DNA of 64,000 bases from Trichoplax sp. H2. Its lineage: Eukaryota. Under the pieces are notes generated by a model. The model was not told the DNA's origin, did no database searches, and worked only from the letters and a program-made list of their open reading frames with translations. Below, piece after piece: positions 1-12,980 of the stretch. A program made the translations under genes and the position numbers. How positions within the stretch are numbered: position 1 is the stretch's first letter; each line of letters starts with the position of its first letter. The stretch spans positions 62,001-126,000 of the forward strand of contig NOWV01000100.1 of NCBI GenBank assembly GCA_003344405.1, read 5' to 3'.

Positions 1-144
1 ACGAGGCGCCTAAGTCTTTGTGTAGTCTGCTAGTAGAGCAAAAATGTTATTGATAGAGCAGATATCGTTCCTTAATACGTGGTTCAAGGAATTGACTTAT
101 TGATCGTATATTGCGTTATCTTGTTGCAAAGCTGTTTTGTGACA
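1..144 (+). mobile_element. 3' (U5) end of family-A LTR, truncated by the window start
   Basis: 1-144 is the near reverse complement of 10569-10712 and ends in ...GTTTTGTGACA at 144. No TGG-type primer-binding site follows (ATCATG), so it is a solo LTR or a 3' LTR. Confidence 0.8.
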
Positions 145-1336
145 ATCATGCTGCCCTTCGATATACAGCTTTTGAAGCTTTACGAATGAAATTAATACAT
201 AATTATGTAATTAGTAAGTAATCGTAACGTAAAGTATATCTCTCTATGGCCATCATGTGAATCGAACAGACCAGCAGAGTAATTTCTAAGAATTTATGAA
301 AATCAGTATGGACCTATTATATTTACATAACGCTGGCATTGTAAACACATAGGAGCCAGACTAAATTTGCGTTTACCAATTACGTGACAATATTGGTGAT
401 TTTGACCTTAATTTCTACTCGCATCATAGAGTATGAGCGAATTAAATCTAGAAATTAGAATAGAAAACTTAATATTCTATTCGTGTTGAAAATAATCATA
501 ATTTCTTATTTACTTTCACTCAATGGCTCATAATATGCTCAAACATTATATGAACTTCTTTAATAAGAATTGAATAAGCCGTTTAGAAAATTGAACAAGT
601 ATCGTTTATATTCTAGCATGCTAAGCTTAGAATGATAGATAACTCAATAACACTTGAAATTTCTCATATTGATATTGAATTTTATGGTATTGTTATACGA
701 TCTGATGAAAGTTCCTTATAAAGTATATTTTTTTAATGTTGGACAATAATTTTGAAAAACAAATTTGGCGATAGAAATTTAATAATCGCTGTTATCAACG
801 CTAAGATACTTAAAAAAATAGCAAATCTATGAAATTGAATATAAAATGTTCAATTTTGTCCATTCTATACAAAGTCGTAGTACATATAGCTTGCCAGTAG
901 ATTTGACATCTTTAATTATTATTATCCATAGTTGTATCCTATCTTTCATTGTTCAGGTATTGAAAACTGCCTGAACTACTGCTTCATAGCAAGTAATCTA
1001 GCGATCCTGTTATGCTGCCTATGAATATTATGAATCCATCTATCTCATTCCATGACAATAGTGATTTTAATTGAAGACAACTAAAGCTAATTAAAGACCA
1101 GTCTTCTTGAAATCATTATTTTAATATTTAACTTTGCTTATTTTCTAGTCATCAGTCAGTAGTATATGCAACAACAGCTTGGCAAGCAAATTTAAATATT
1201 ATTCTCTATAATTTCGAATAATTTCTATAAGAGGTACACAAAATTATCGTAATAATGCGATAAAGCCGATAAATCACTACCAAGGTCTTCTCTATCTCAA
1301 GTAAATTTTGCTCAAAAAATAATGGTAGAGCAATCA

Positions 1337-1791
1337 TCATGCGATGTGTATTACATCACTCATTATTCTATTATTATTAAAGAGTTTATAATGAGGTTTA
1401 TTGAAATCAGAATCTATTGGCTAATAGGAACTGCTTTACTTCAGTACTGATCAAATTTTGCTTTTGAAGTACAGTAATCTTNNNNNNNNNNNNNNNNNNN
1501 NATTCCAAATTTTAGAAAAATAAGGGCTTTATTGAATCTTATACAAAGATTAACTACACAGCTCTACTCTAGCCGAATACTACTTCTAAAGACTTCTAGA
1601 ACGAACTAACAGAATAATCTAAAGTTGCATGGTTTTATACTTTTTTTCATGCGATGTGTATTACATCACTCATTATTCTATTATTATTAAAGAGTTTATA
1701 ATGAGGTTTATTGAAATCAGAATCCATTGACTAATAGGAACTGCTTTACTTCAGTACTGATCAAATTTTGCTTTTGAAGTACAGTAATCTT
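1337..1791. repeat. ~145-bp direct duplication flanking an assembly gap
   Basis: 1337-1481 recurs at 1647-1791 with two substitutions (aatctattggct vs aatccattgact). An N-gap lies at 1482-1501. Confidence 0.85.
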
Positions 1792-4383
1792 CATAATTTG
1801 TTTGGAAGATCCGATGTTTCCGTCAATCAAATAAAGGGCTTTCCTGTTTACCTAGCAAATCGATTGTGTAGTTCATGATTGATTTTTTAAATAATTCTCG
1901 TCTGGGTAATAAAAGATTTTGATAAAAGATTCTGACGTAGGCTGTAATAAATCGTGCAGCTAGTCATAATACGCTATATCTGCTGACTATAGTAGGATCT
2001 TAAGGTCGTTGATGCTTTTTGTATAAGTTTAGAGCTCAAACTTCCTACTTACTTACGATGCGATTCCTAAACGCTAATATATTAGGCTTGGTGTAATGCC
2101 CAACTGGATATGGCATAGGGTCAAGCTAATTAATAATATCCACAATATCTTCCTTTTCAGAACTTAATAAATTACCATCAATCATTTAGCATGGTATAGA
2201 CCGAAATTATGATGGATAAGCCAATGGCTTTCCTTGCAATAATTATTTGCATTTTAGTGAAGTAATAAGGAAGATATTCAGAAATAAAATGCCTAAATGA
2301 TGCAAACTGTGGCACAATAGGGTGTGCAAATTACACGCAATTCTAACACTTAATTTGATATCCTTTGACTACGATATTAAAATCTAACATATATAGAATT
2401 GTAAAAGCAAGTTTGTTAAAACAAAATTTGGAACTGCGATCTTCAAAATAAGCTTAAATGAGTAAAAAATCCGCTTAAAGTCAGCAGTGCTATAATCAAT
2501 TTTTATCATTAGTTTAATATTTCTCAGTTATTTTCGGATCAACTTTTTAATTTAACTTATAATTGTACTATTTAAAAATATTTTCTTTCTAAGAAATCTA
2601 TTCTGTTGTATCTTGTTAATTGAAGACATATACTGTAATACATATTTGATTACTGCGATTATTCCATTATTCGGTAAAAATCTTTTAAATAAGAGCTCAA
2701 ACCTAGTAGTGAGAGGTTGACTTATTAGCACATCTTTTAGCAAGACCATTATGCCATTTATACCATTAAAAAGCAGGCTATAAATAAGTAAATCTATTTA
2801 TTTTATAATACTTTTGTTACTGTTGAATTTCTGTAGATTTATGTATTGCTTAGAAGACAGACGTAATTGCAGTAACTACTTGGTTGTTTCCGAAATGGAT
2901 CTCGTGTTAATCTAAAATTTGGTGGGTACGCCCTTCTTTATTTAGCCATTGACTATATTATTTCAGCAATTTATCCGCTAAAATTACTTATTTAAAAGTT
3001 ATGTCAAGCTATCCCATTTACATCACTGCTTAATTTTTTATTTAACTGACTAAATTGATACATTCACTAAAAAAATTACCTAAACATAGGCTAGTTTGAT
3101 GCAAAATACAACTTTGTATCATGTAATTGCCCTTAAACTTTAAATTCTTTGATTATCGTTAGATTACAATATTTGGTAATGATCACCCTAACATAGCGAA
3201 AAGTATTAGCAACAGCAAAATTATAATAAAATATCTAATTTTTCTTGATATTTATAGCGTCAATAAGTTCAAAAGGCATTATTATCTTTTTATAGATAAA
3301 ACAAGAATTACCTACTTTTTGTTCTATTATATCAAGTAAAGGATATGTTGATTGTATTTGTGATTCTTAGCGACGATATTACATTCTTCATAAAAATAAT
3401 GAAGATCACGTAAATTGGATACAATTTTAATTATTGCTTAACATTAAGTATCTATCTGATTAACATGATACCAACGAATACAGATAAATAAATCAATTGA
3501 TATGGTCGCCTCAAATTACTTTTCAACAGAACCGAAGTTATAGATTTATTTAAATTTACACTAATGAGTAAATGCCCCATACTATCATTAATTTTAATTT
3601 TAATTATTTCTAACTGATAGAGTGCTATGGAAACATTATGAGTCATGTGATTCAGGTAACGATAGAGACAAAATAGAAAAATAGACAGCAATTAAATGAA
3701 ATTTCATATTTATAGCTGACGCGTTTTGAATTACGATAATCTGTTCGAGCCGAGACTTCCAATGAATTAATATAACCACTTAGTATTAATATCTTACACC
3801 TGCCGGAGGTGCAATAAGTTAAAAATGCTTTGTTTATCAAAATATATTCAATATTGTCAATGCAATCAATTCTATATATCTTTTAAACAAATAGTGCATG
3901 ATATTTTAATCAAAGTCCAATGCAATTATCTTGTAAAATATCGGCTGTAAATGATAGCAGTGTTTTCAATGTGGTATTGAAACAAACTAATGAAAGATTT
4001 TGAAATTGGCGTCATACAATGATAAACTATCTAACTACAGCAAGGTATTTGAATATCTACTTATTTATTAACATTAATGAAAAGTAGCATAAAGGATATT
4101 TGTCTTCATCCTATGCTATAAATATCCATGACAGTAATGCTCATCGTCGCATTATCAATTGAATCTATGATCTATATTTTTCATCCATTTACTCAATATT
4201 AAAGTGATTATCAATATATTAAAATATAAATAGAATACTACCTGGTATAATTCATCAAGTACAATTCTAATTCTACTACTGACCTGTAGTGATCGTATTT
4301 AAATTCTTTGATAGTTGTAACTATAAACTGTTATTATTTTTTCATCGAACCTAGTAGCAAGGAAAGTTTAAAGTTTTGACAGA

Positions 4384-5439
4384 ATGACTTCCATTACATC
4401 GACATCCTATCCAGTTTATAATTTCAACGCGACACCGGCGATAAAGACTAACAACAGCTTCAATAGTACAACCCAGCCATTTCAATGTCTAACTCATTTT
4501 GGTCCATATAAGTTAACATTTCAAATTATTATCATTGTAATAGGCGCTATGATATTAGTTACTGGTGTTTTAGGCAATTTAATGGTCGTTCGAACTGTTT
4601 ATCAAAATCGCCATGGTTCGATGTCCTCCTTAACATATACATTAATAGCAAGCCTGTCCATTTACGATATTTTTGTTGTAATATTAACCCTACCTTTCAC
4701 AATAGCTGAAGATTTATTATGTTACTTCCCCTTTGGAAGAGTCTTATGTCACTTGTTTAAGCCGCTACCAGCATTTTTCGCAACAGGGTCAGTCTTTACC
4801 ATGACTGCAATAGGCATAGATCGTTATCGGGCTGTAGCTTGTTCACTTGAATATCGTGGCAATCAAAAACGGAAAGCACTGATGTTAGTTGGTATATTTA
4901 TCTTAGGTTTCATTTGTTCATTAACTAGCTTTATTTTAACACGCTACGATGATGAAACATCTCCAGAACAACCAATATGTTACATGAATTTTATTACTCT
5001 AACTGGATCTGAAATTTATGTGCCAAGTACTTTTGTCTTTCTTTTCATCTTGCCTCTTATGATAACTATAACCATCTATCTACGTGTAATTGCTTATTTG
5101 CGATGGCTAGGAGAATCCAAAAACAATTTATTGAAGAAGAATCGAGTATTCTATAATGCTGCTGCTCGTTCCTCGATAAAAATGATGCTGGTTATTACAA
5201 TGTTATTTGTAGCATGCTGGTTACCCTTATATTGCTGTTTCTTTATTATTGCTTTTCGAGTTTTACCATTTGCCACAACACCTCATTTTTATGTTATGTA
5301 TGCAATATGTCATCTATTAAGTTATATTAATGCAGTTGCCAATCCAATCATATATGCCGGTTTTAATAAGAAATTTCGTTCCGCATTTAAATCTACTGGC
5401 TATGCAGGAGAAGCACAAACCCGCTATACTGTCAATTAA
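4384..5439 (+). CDS. Intronless rhodopsin-family (class A) GPCR, neuropeptide-receptor-like, 351 aa
   Basis: Seven hydrophobic segments with GN (TM1), LSIYD (TM2), FPFG-C (ECL1/TM3), DRY, CWLP (TM6), HLLSYINAVANPIIY (TM7), an NKKFR helix 8, and N-terminal N-glycosylation sequons. Confidence 0.95.
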   Translation: MTSITSTSYPVYNFNATPAIKTNNSFNSTTQPFQCLTHFGPYKLTFQIIIIVIGAMILVTGVLGNLMVVRTVYQNRHGSMSSLTYTLIASLSIYDIFVVILTLPFTIAEDLLCYFPFGRVLCHLFKPLPAFFATGSVFTMTAIGIDRYRAVACSLEYRGNQKRKALMLVGIFILGFICSLTSFILTRYDDETSPEQPICYMNFITLTGSEIYVPSTFVFLFILPLMITITIYLRVIAYLRWLGESKNNLLKKNRVFYNAAARSSIKMMLVITMLFVACWLPLYCCFFIIAFRVLPFATTPHFYVMYAICHLLSYINAVANPIIYAGFNKKFRSAFKSTGYAGEAQTRYTVN

Positions 5440-6830
5440 ATACTGATAATGTGCTCTAATATTTTAGGCTTCTATTTCAAATTCCATCAATTCTATATTT
5501 TAAATATCGATTAATTGAAATAAAAATCGATACCGGTATATGTTTATGGCACGACTGCAAGCCCGACACGTAAAATTAAAAAATTTATTGCTTATAGCTA
5601 TGACAAAAAGCTGTAAACAGAACTTGCATTTGTGTATTAATTTATTATCATCATTGAAATAACCATTAGCCCCGCCATAAATATTACTATGACCAATCAA
5701 TTACGGTTTCATTTTCCCCTAATTATACAAATAGTTATTCGGAAATAATACCTTACAGATTTTGAGCTGATGTGTATGATTGAAGCATTATCGCTTTAAC
5801 TAATAGACGTACTGTAATACGTAATTATCAACCCTAGATAAGTACCTTAAAATAATGCGATAAATGTTGCTATATAATAAACTACCATCACTATAATTTG
5901 GTTCTTTATTGAGAAATCATTTTGAAAGAATTACGTTCCATAACGGAATATACTTCATAATTCTTAAATATAGGCTCACTACAAACTTCTTAGAATTTCA
6001 TAGAATTGGGATAGTTGCATATGTATCAATTTCTTCTTGCCGCATAAATTATCTTAATATGATTTGCCGATATTAATAAAAAAATTGAATGGTTTAAATT
6101 GCTTACTTAGTTGCAATTCCGATATTAAAAATTAAAACATGATAAACTTCTACTTAAAGGCGTAATGTCTGATGTAGCACAAATTTTATAGTTAGTCTAT
6201 GAAAACTAAGTCATTTTTTCAATCGCATTAATAAGGCATTTTGATATCGATGATCGTCCTAATAATCAGTTGTATATTTAAATACTAGCATAAGAATTTA
6301 TTAAAAAAGCAAAGCAATCGATAAATATTATCTAGGAGTTAACATAACTTATAATATTTAGTCAGCTACAAATTGACCCAATCAAAATAGTTATTTTTTT
6401 GTAAACATGTTATGATTATTCAACTGTTACAATTTCTTTAGTATATTTTCATTTATTATGATTATTATCATATTTAACGCCACTGATTTCATAATAATTT
6501 TACATAAATTTGGCATTAAGATAGTAGGCATAACTTAATGTACCAGTAATCTACAATCTTATTGAGAATTTTTGACGTCTTTCCTTCAATTCTATTGCTA
6601 ATCGCCTTTTATATATGAGATAGATTGGATTGCTATTGTTATAATAAACACAAAGCAATATTGAATAATTTTATTATAGAAATACGTAATTGGCGAAAAT
6701 GTAAAGAGAATCTTCTCATATTTTTTTTAATTATTCGTTCTTTTCTCCAACTCCTTTTAGCATCAAAGTATATTAGATCCAGAAATTAATGGACATAACC
6801 CCAAAATTATGAATAAAGACATTATTACGG

Positions 6831-7374
6831 TGTTGCCTTATCATCAGGATAGTTTAATAAGTACAGTAGTAGCTAGTATGGAGAATATCCATATTTGTAG
6901 TGCTAGGCAAGGTAAATAATGCCTTAAGGTAGATGTTGTTTGTAATAGTTCATTACATATTTGATATTGATTGTTATTGTGTGATAGATAGCAGTAAGAT
7001 GATTCAAGTTCTAGTTGATGATAGTTGAATTAGACAACCTAAGAGCTTAGATTAAGATTAAGTATGAGTAAGAGATTCAAAATATTTACTGATAGAAAAG
7101 CTATGAAATGAACATCTCAGTTCGAGATGTTTCTCCTAGTAAGGTATAATAATAATACTGTTGTTGATTACAAATTAGACGGTTCCTATATAAACGGGAA
7201 CATTTAAGTTGAGTGGGGTGGTAAAAAGTTGTAGATGTATCTTTGCTAATAAAAGTTTTATCTTTACAGTCTTTTGCTGTGTGTGTTTAACGTTAAGTAA
7301 AAGGGCGTTTAAGTCAGCAGCTACTTCTAGACTTTTACTGTACGTTACCTTGTCGCAGAAGTGAAATTGTGACA
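6831..7374 (+). mobile_element. Probable old solo LTR, distantly related to family A (~544 bp)
   Basis: Begins TGT and ends TGTGACA (7368-7374). TATATAAA at 7187 and AATAAA at 7248 are followed by GTGTTTAACGTTAAGTAAAAGGGCGTTTAAGTC, which resembles the family-A U5 motif GTGTTTAACGTAAAATACGAGGCGTTTAAGTC. Flanks TACGG/GACGT match only 3 of 5, so the left boundary is uncertain. Confidence 0.5.
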
Positions 7375-10300
7375 GACGTATTTACCATAAAAATAATGAC
7401 TTCATCGTCATTACTAATACATTGAATTATCCGCTGCTACTTAATGAATATTAAATAGTTATTACCAAATCTAAGCACACCTTTGGTAATAAAGGGCATC
7501 AAAGTCTGATTAGAAGCTCCGTCGGATTTAAGTTGCTATGAAATCGGTATAAGTTTTCGTCATATGTGGATAATATATCTGCTATAATAAAAGTCTCTAG
7601 ATTTCACGTGATGAGTAATCGATCGAAAATTCAACTTTACAAGCTGAAATCGATCCATTCTCTTCATTTAGATTATGTTTCTTACGTAATTTGCCCATCG
7701 TCTACTTTATAATCAATCTATTTTTAAAATACGGTAATGTAGCTAGCGTTCATGTAAAATATTAAGAGAGCATTATAATATCATCGTCTCACATTTAAAT
7801 TGCTTTATTTATGGCTAATCATGTTGAAAATGATGATCTAGACGATAGAATTTCAGTTCGAGTATTTTCTTATTTTAATGTATTATTCTATTGAAGTTAA
7901 TTTCAGGATTTTTCCTCTATATATTTAAAGTAGATGAAGTAGTGGTAAACTAGATAGATCTAGGATTGCAATGTAAATATTTAAAGATAATGAATTTGTA
8001 GAAGATTACATTAGAATTTATACCTTAACTTGGAATATAACTACAATGTAAACCCAAATGCTTTATTTAAGTCTTGACTGCTAGATATTAGTAGGTTTTC
8101 TTAGTGTTTCATTTCTGTAATGTTTACTGCAGTCGCTGATTAAACCGACTTACTTATGATTTGATCGTTAGTTTAGTTATCCGTAGACTCTAGAATATAA
8201 TCTGACTAAGCTTACATGATTCATTACTTTACTAATTTGAGAGCAATTAAAAATTTTCATTCTTTAGCGAAATATCAATGAAAGCAAAATCAAGCATGTT
8301 AATGGCGGCACAGTTCTACCGGCTAACAACAAGAGAACTACACAGTTTTGCTAGACTAGTTTTTTCAATGTGATGGTAAGTAACTAGTTATTAATTTTTT
8401 GATCCGTTAACGCTTTTTAATTCAAGAAGAAAGAATTTGCTTTCTTCTGCTTCGGCGCTTTCACAATTAATCTATGCCTTAATTTTAAACTTTCCCGGCT
8501 GTCAATTAAGATAACTAGATTTGGTTACTACAGAGTAAATTGAATTATTCCTTTTTGTGATTTATAAAATTTAAAGTTAAATCGAATCAAAATATGTTTA
8601 AAATTTTCGTACTCACTGCAAACGTAGCTAATTTGACCTTTCATTTATTCATTACGTAATATTGTAGGCTTCTTTGTTCTGTATATGTATTTTTGTGTAC
8701 CAAATCCTACAGTCAGCATCTTTATCTTCAATAAAAACTATATATTATCTGATTTCCCAGGCAACATACTAATATGTACCAATATTCTTTATCTATCGAT
8801 AATCATGCCACAATTAAGGTAGTTCAACATAATTATTTTTCCTCTAGGTGAGCTACTTTAGTTTAGTGCTATATTCAATATATATAAAGGCTATACGCTG
8901 TGTTATAATAACAAGTTCAGACAGAATATGCTACTGTATATAGCATATATTGTATATGTATATAGCATATATTTGCACAAATATATGCTTATAAATACAT
9001 TGCTATTCCAAGATAAGATACGAATATCTACTCCTATCTACGCTAAATTGTTATAAAACTGATTAGATGAGTTAAAGATTTCTATTAAAGAACTGCAAGA
9101 TATTTTTAATACTATATAGCTAAGAATTCTATTATTACAAAAAGTAAATAGAAACGCAATTTCTTAATAAATGAATGATGTTACTCAAAAAGTAATCTAA
9201 AAGAATTGAATTTTTCTGTGTCTTCATAAAGTCATAATTCACAGAATACAATTATATATATACAAATCAAATGAGAAAGTATAGGAAACATGAAAATTTT
9301 TTAATATGAAGTATAGTAAAATGAACATACAAGTTACGATTTTTTCGGTTAAGAATATTAATAATGTTTAATTTAGCTGCTATGGTTTCGATGAATTTAA
9401 TATAAATAAGGACATCAAATTGCCTTGTTTTCTAGTCTATAAAATTATGTCCAGGTTACAATTAATATCTTTAGTAATTGTAGAAACAGTTTGAATCTAT
9501 TATATTAATTTAAATAAATCATTTTTGATACCGATTTATGCTTATGATCATGAGTGATACCAATAAAGGTGAATTTAATGAGCTGTCTACAAATTTTTTA
9601 TTTATTCCAGGGTTAATGAGTATTGATAAAAGCGATTGGAAGAAAAGGAGAAAATAGTTCTGTAATCAGTTACTTAAACAAAATTTTTAATCACTCTAAC
9701 CTCCTAAATGGTGATATCTAATATCATCGGCAGTTTTTAATCTACCATTTATTAGTTTGCAGCTACATTAATTTTTTTCCACTGCAAATACCTTCAGCAC
9801 TCACAGGCAATATCAAGTATAAATTACGGTAATTAATCAATATTTTAGAATTCTTGATCATGCAACAGTTGCAATGAGTTACATCACTACTCACAGTAAA
9901 GTTTAATAAAAATAGTCAGTTTACCAGTAATCAGAGCTGATTACCGTACATACTATTAATAAAAGAAAGCAAATTAAGTCGTTGGTAGCGATTTAGGGGT
10001 AAATATATGACCTTTGCATCTATATTTCTAGGTATTTGGCTATATGGTTGACTTTAATGATTCTCTTATGATCGATATTCGATGCCTTAAAAGTCCGACG
10101 GGGATTATGACTCACTCTGACTATTTGCGCTCACAGTTCAATAAACACCTAACTCGAGTTACTGACTACAGGCACTATCAAAATCATAACAGATTTGTAT
10201 GATGTACAGTACATGATGAGGGTGAAATGATCTAATTATCAAATGCTAGTATGTTCAGTTATGCACCACTTTGATTTAATACTTATTAATGAATCGGCCA

Positions 10301-10568
10301 TCAGGTTAAACGTCAAGCCTATTATATTTGCTTGTTAAATATCGTGCTTCTAATCCTCTAAATTTTTATGAAAAAGTTGCGTTTTGATTTTTCCTTGTCT
10401 ATCCAATTCCATTGATAATACAGTATGAAACAGTTTCTATTTGATAAGTTTAAAAGGATCAGAAACATAATTTGGTATATAATTCAAAGCAATTACTGCA
10501 GTTTAAGCGTACAGATAGTTAGCTAATTCAAAGGTAAAATCGTCTAGAATTGATTCTTTCATACCATT

Positions 10569-11197
10569 TGTCACAAAACAGCTTTGCAAGAAGATAGCGT
10601 AATGTACGATCAATAAGTCAATTCCTTGAACCACGTATTAAGGAACGATATCTGCACTATCAAAAACACTTTTACTCTACTAGCAGACTACACTAAGACT
10701 TAGGCGCCTCGTATTTTACGTTAAACACCAAGTTTGAGAATCCACTTTATTACACAATATACTGCATTTATATACTATTCCTCTATAGTTCATGAGTCAC
10801 AGTTAGTACGATTAACTTTGGAATCATTTACTGAATTAGATAATAATTATAGCTACTGCTCCTTAATGCAGACAGCAGTATTTACGAACATAGACATCTG
10901 GTGACTAATACAGAATAGTCAGATTACGATATGTCCTATCATGGAACATTTCCACGATAATTTACAATCTACCATAAGTAAGTTACAATCACAATGATTC
11001 GAAGTGTAAGTAGATGATTTGCATTCCCCATTATAACTATTAATTTCAGTACGTGTATATGTGTCACTATCATAAAAAGTCAGTGCTATATTAAAACACA
11101 GTATATCCAAATTAGAAGTTAGCTAAATAAGGATAGGCTAACAGAATTATCCTAACATAGCTATTTCTACTCTTATGCAACATATAACACTGTCACA
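10569..11197 (-). mobile_element. Complete solo LTR, family A (629 bp), 5-bp TSD CCATT
   Basis: TG...CA termini (TGTCACA at both ends on +). CCATT at 10564-10568 and 11198-11202. On the minus strand TATATAAA (10774-10767) precedes AATAAA (10751-10746). Homologous copies at 1-144, ~41391-42022 and 42146-42845. Confidence 0.88.
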
Positions 11198-12980
11198 CCA
11201 TTTATCGTATATACCAAAGCAGCAATGAATTTACCATTAGAATTTTTTATTAATTTTAAATTTCTTAACTCCAATAAAGATTGTCATTTGTCTCTTTAAT
11301 CATGGTAATTAATTTCTACTTACCATCTATTGGTAATTTTCTAATTTGCTACATTGATTGGTTCTCATTGATCACCAAAATTTTGCCAGAAGCAGATTTA
11401 TCTTATTTTGACTGTTAAATTTTGAGCACGGTCTCATTCAAATCATTGTGCCAATCCTGAATGTTTTCATAGCCTTTAATTAATAGTAATAAGGCTTTCT
11501 TTTCCGTGCATTTTCTCACATGCAATAAATCTAATCTCTTTAATAGATTCCTTTTCTGAAAATTTCAATGTGATGGTAATAATTGATTATATTCATTGTG
11601 TTTCTTGAAAGTTGCTATATAAATTTTCATTTACATTCGTTACCCTAATTTATTTTCAAGTTCTATTTTTGTGGATTTGTACATCTTTGTCGTACATTAA
11701 TTATTAATATTATTGATTATTAATATTATCAGCTATAACACTCAGCTGCGTAATAGGATTCTTGTATATTATATTCTTAATTTAGGCTCTACTTGAAGTA
11801 ACACGTTACAGTCGATAGTTTAAGATACAGATCTTACGGTGAGTAACCTCTTATGGGAACATTGCCATCTTTGTTCAACGCCTGCTACTATAACAGCACA
11901 TATAACTCCGTCTGTTTTGGATAAGGAGCATATACTGTACTTGAATGAAACCGAATGAGAGTGCTGCTAACATTTCTAACAAATACTTTTTCTGTTTTTT
12001 TTTGTTGAACAGTCACAATAACTTTCTTATTTAAATTTAAAATAATTATTGTAAAAATGCATAGGCGCATTGATTGCATCTACTTCATAGCATTCTTGCT
12101 TTGTGTATTTTTCAATACAATACCTAAAGCAACCTATGCAACTATTAAATTAACGTACCTATGTGACTTTAATTCGATAGAAATGCATGCATTATATGAA
12201 AACTCTATTCAGCAGTGTTACCGATACTGCTAAAGCTCAAAACAATATAATCTAAAATAATATTTACCATCAACCTTTGATACATCATATCGTACTGGAA
12301 TAGCATACGATCCAAAAAGTTTATTATGGATAGCATTTTTAATAACTATTAGTAAAATTGCAGGTATTATAATCAATATTCATTCAATGCATTATAAAAA
12401 AATTCAACTGTCATGCACATATTAAATGTCGGCAGTCATAATAATGACAATGTCATATTTAAACTCATCAATTCAAATTATAGTTACTTTATTAAGGCAT
12501 ATTAACGCTAATTAAATAGCCAGACGATCGGGTTGGACAAGTGATAACAGCATATTCTTAAATCGAGAACTATGTTATTGTAATTATGGCTAATAGAATA
12601 ATTAACTGGATAATAATACCTTCAAAGACAATGATAATAATTATATTTCGTATAATTTCTGTTTTATGTAGAAAAAATTAGAAATAATTTAACCTTGTCT
12701 AGTTTCTGTAGGTTTTCAATTCTTTATGCAATATTTTACTATTCTTTATAATAAAATTACTGGATTGTAAGTGCAAATGTTTCACCTTTACTCAGATACA
12801 TTTATAAACAATTTCTAAATTCTTCATTGATCAAGTTGTAATAGGTTTAACAATTTTTCAAAGTTAAGTGTACCTGTTATCGAACCGAAACATCATCCTT
12901 CAAGTAAACACACTCTATCATAACTGTGCTGCGTTGATTTGAATATTGCAATCTACTTAAAAATGATAGTACTTTAGCCA

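Noticed and set aside
1337..1791. Biologically meaningful tandem duplication
   Set aside because: It abuts an N-gap and differs by two substitutions; most simply an unmerged haplotype overlap.
145..10568. Full-length retrotransposon between LTR copies
   Set aside because: The flanking copies are inverted rather than direct, and there is no PBS or gag/pol ORF.
10919..11110. 63-aa ORF
   Set aside because: Lies inside the solo LTR, has a non-ATG start and no recognisable protein features.
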